Shown here piece by piece: positions 62,612 to 64,000 of a DNA stretch of 64,000 nucleotides. Source of the stretch: Eledone cirrhosa (lineage: Eukaryota); contig OZ024740.1 in the NCBI GenBank assembly GCA_964016885.1, positions 86,552,001-86,616,000 of the forward strand. Direction: 5' to 3'. The notes under the pieces were generated by a model that worked only from the letters and a program-made list of their open reading frames with translations, was not told the origin of the DNA and searched no databases. Position 1 is the stretch's first letter, and every line of letters starts with the position of its first letter. Made by a program: the position numbers and the translations under genes.

Positions 62612-64000
62612 ATGGAAAAACACTACCTGGATATGTCACTCAAAAACATACGAACCCAAGGTAGAAAGGAATATTTATTGAGTATGATTCAAAAAACTAA
62701 TGAATTCATTCGACGTGTCAGGTGGAAAACGCTCCACTATGATAGAAGCCGTATGAACTCAACATTAGAAAGTGGTGTAAACAACAAATTCGGTTTTAGG
62801 ACGTGTAAAAACCCACCCACCAACCCACTATTAGATGCATTTGAGCAGGACCTTATGAACTTAATCCTTAAAATTAAATTCAAAGGACGCAACACCAACA
62901 ACAAATTACAGAAAGATATAAAAAAAACTACTGGACGACCTTAAAAACACCAAAGGAATTGTAGTAAAAGCGGACAAAACATCAAACTTGTATACTATGG
63001 ATTGCACTACACACAACAACTTCATTCGAAAAGAATTACATAAAAAATATAGAAAAACGAATGAAGTAACTCTTAAGCACATCAATGATGAGTCATGCGA
63101 AATAGTGAAAAATCTCGGAATCGAAGATAGGACAGGACCACTCTTACCGGCGGTACCCACCTTCAATCTTAAGGACCATAAGGTAAACTTTGATAATGAC
63201 CCTAAAATTAGATTAATCTGCCCCTCTAAATCAGATATAGGTAAAATAAGCAAATATATCTTAGATAGAATCATCCCCCAAATTAAGGCTAAGGTTAACA
63301 TTAAACTCTGGGGGAAGACCCAGGAAGCAATAAGATGGTTTAATAGCATTAGCAATAAGAATAAATCTAAGTTTATCCAGTTTGATATCGATGAATATTA
63401 CTCATCGATATCACCTGAAACTTTGAATAGAGCCATTAAGTTTGCTAAGGATAACTCTGACCTTACAAACGATGAAATTAAGATTATATTAGAAGCTAGG
63501 AAAACTATAGTCAAATTTGAGAACAGTTATTGGGTACGTAAAGATAGACCCTCTAACTTTGACATAACAATGGGCTCTAACGATTCGGCGGAAATAACTG
63601 ATATTGTGGGGTTATTTATCGCCTTTAGACTCCAGGAAAAATTCAGCAATCTCCACGGCGGAATATACCGCGACGATGTTCTCCTAGTTAAAAACCTAAA
63701 TAACCAAAAACTAGAAAAACTACGCAAAGATATAAGAAAACTACTACTCGAAATAGGACTAACTATAACATATGAATACAACCTTAAAGTAGTTAACTTC
63801 CTGGGTGTCACACTCAATTTAAACTCTGGTTTGATTAAACCGTTTCATAAATTGAATGAAAATCTCAAATACGTAAATGTTGGGTCTAACCACCCCATCT
63901 CTATAATTAAATCTATCCCTAAAAATATTTCCCTTAGAATCTCGGGTCTATCTTCTAACATACAAGTATTTAAGGAACACGCCGAGTACTACGATAACGC
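62612..64000 (+). pseudogene. PLE reverse transcriptase ORF with a single frameshift in an A-run (~62920)
   Basis: MEKHYLDMSLKNI..RRVRWK.. then, in a shifted frame read by hand, ADKTSN, LKDHK, FIQFDIDEYY, FDITMGSNDSAE, YRDD, GSNHP, open to the window end. Confidence 0.88.

Larger units (their letters stand above)
61441..64000 (+). mobile_element. PLE family F (Nematis-like): inverted pLTR (61441-61835), spacer, pLTR (62180-62577) and RT ORF running off the window
   Basis: The arms are reverse complements; the ORF starts 35 bp after the right pLTR; left end abuts (TA)n. Confidence 0.92.

Overview
AT-rich, microsatellite-dense animal genomic DNA; the SINE and LINE repertoire suggests a cephalopod such as Octopus (inference). 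No host protein-coding gene can be supported. The window is almost entirely mobile DNA. (1) Penelope-like elements (PLEs) of at least four families: two RT+GIY-YIG Nematis-like elements (1553-6516 and 61441-64000) and two families seen only as GIY-YIG 3' fragments. (2) A pile-up of RTE, Tx1-like and R4/Dong-like LINEs around (TAA)n tracts (34.7-44.6 kb). (3) Non-autonomous Helitrons, a hAT shell with nested cargo, mariner/Tc1 remnants and many tRNA-derived SINEs. The most interesting signal is about 14 hand-folded type I hammerhead ribozyme (HHR) motifs. They sit in PLE terminal repeats and in three apparently non-coding retrozyme-like elements: a 467-bp tandem+inverted unit, a 698-bp unit with a terminal direct repeat, and a ~410-bp foldback. 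Two unrelated families have HHRs whose stem II carries a 74-77 nt two-hairpin insertion. A third family has a variant UUGACAG core. Most of these elements abut (TA)n and are arranged as inverted pairs with 3' ends pointing outward. All folds and alignments were done by eye; ribozyme activity and novelty are untested.
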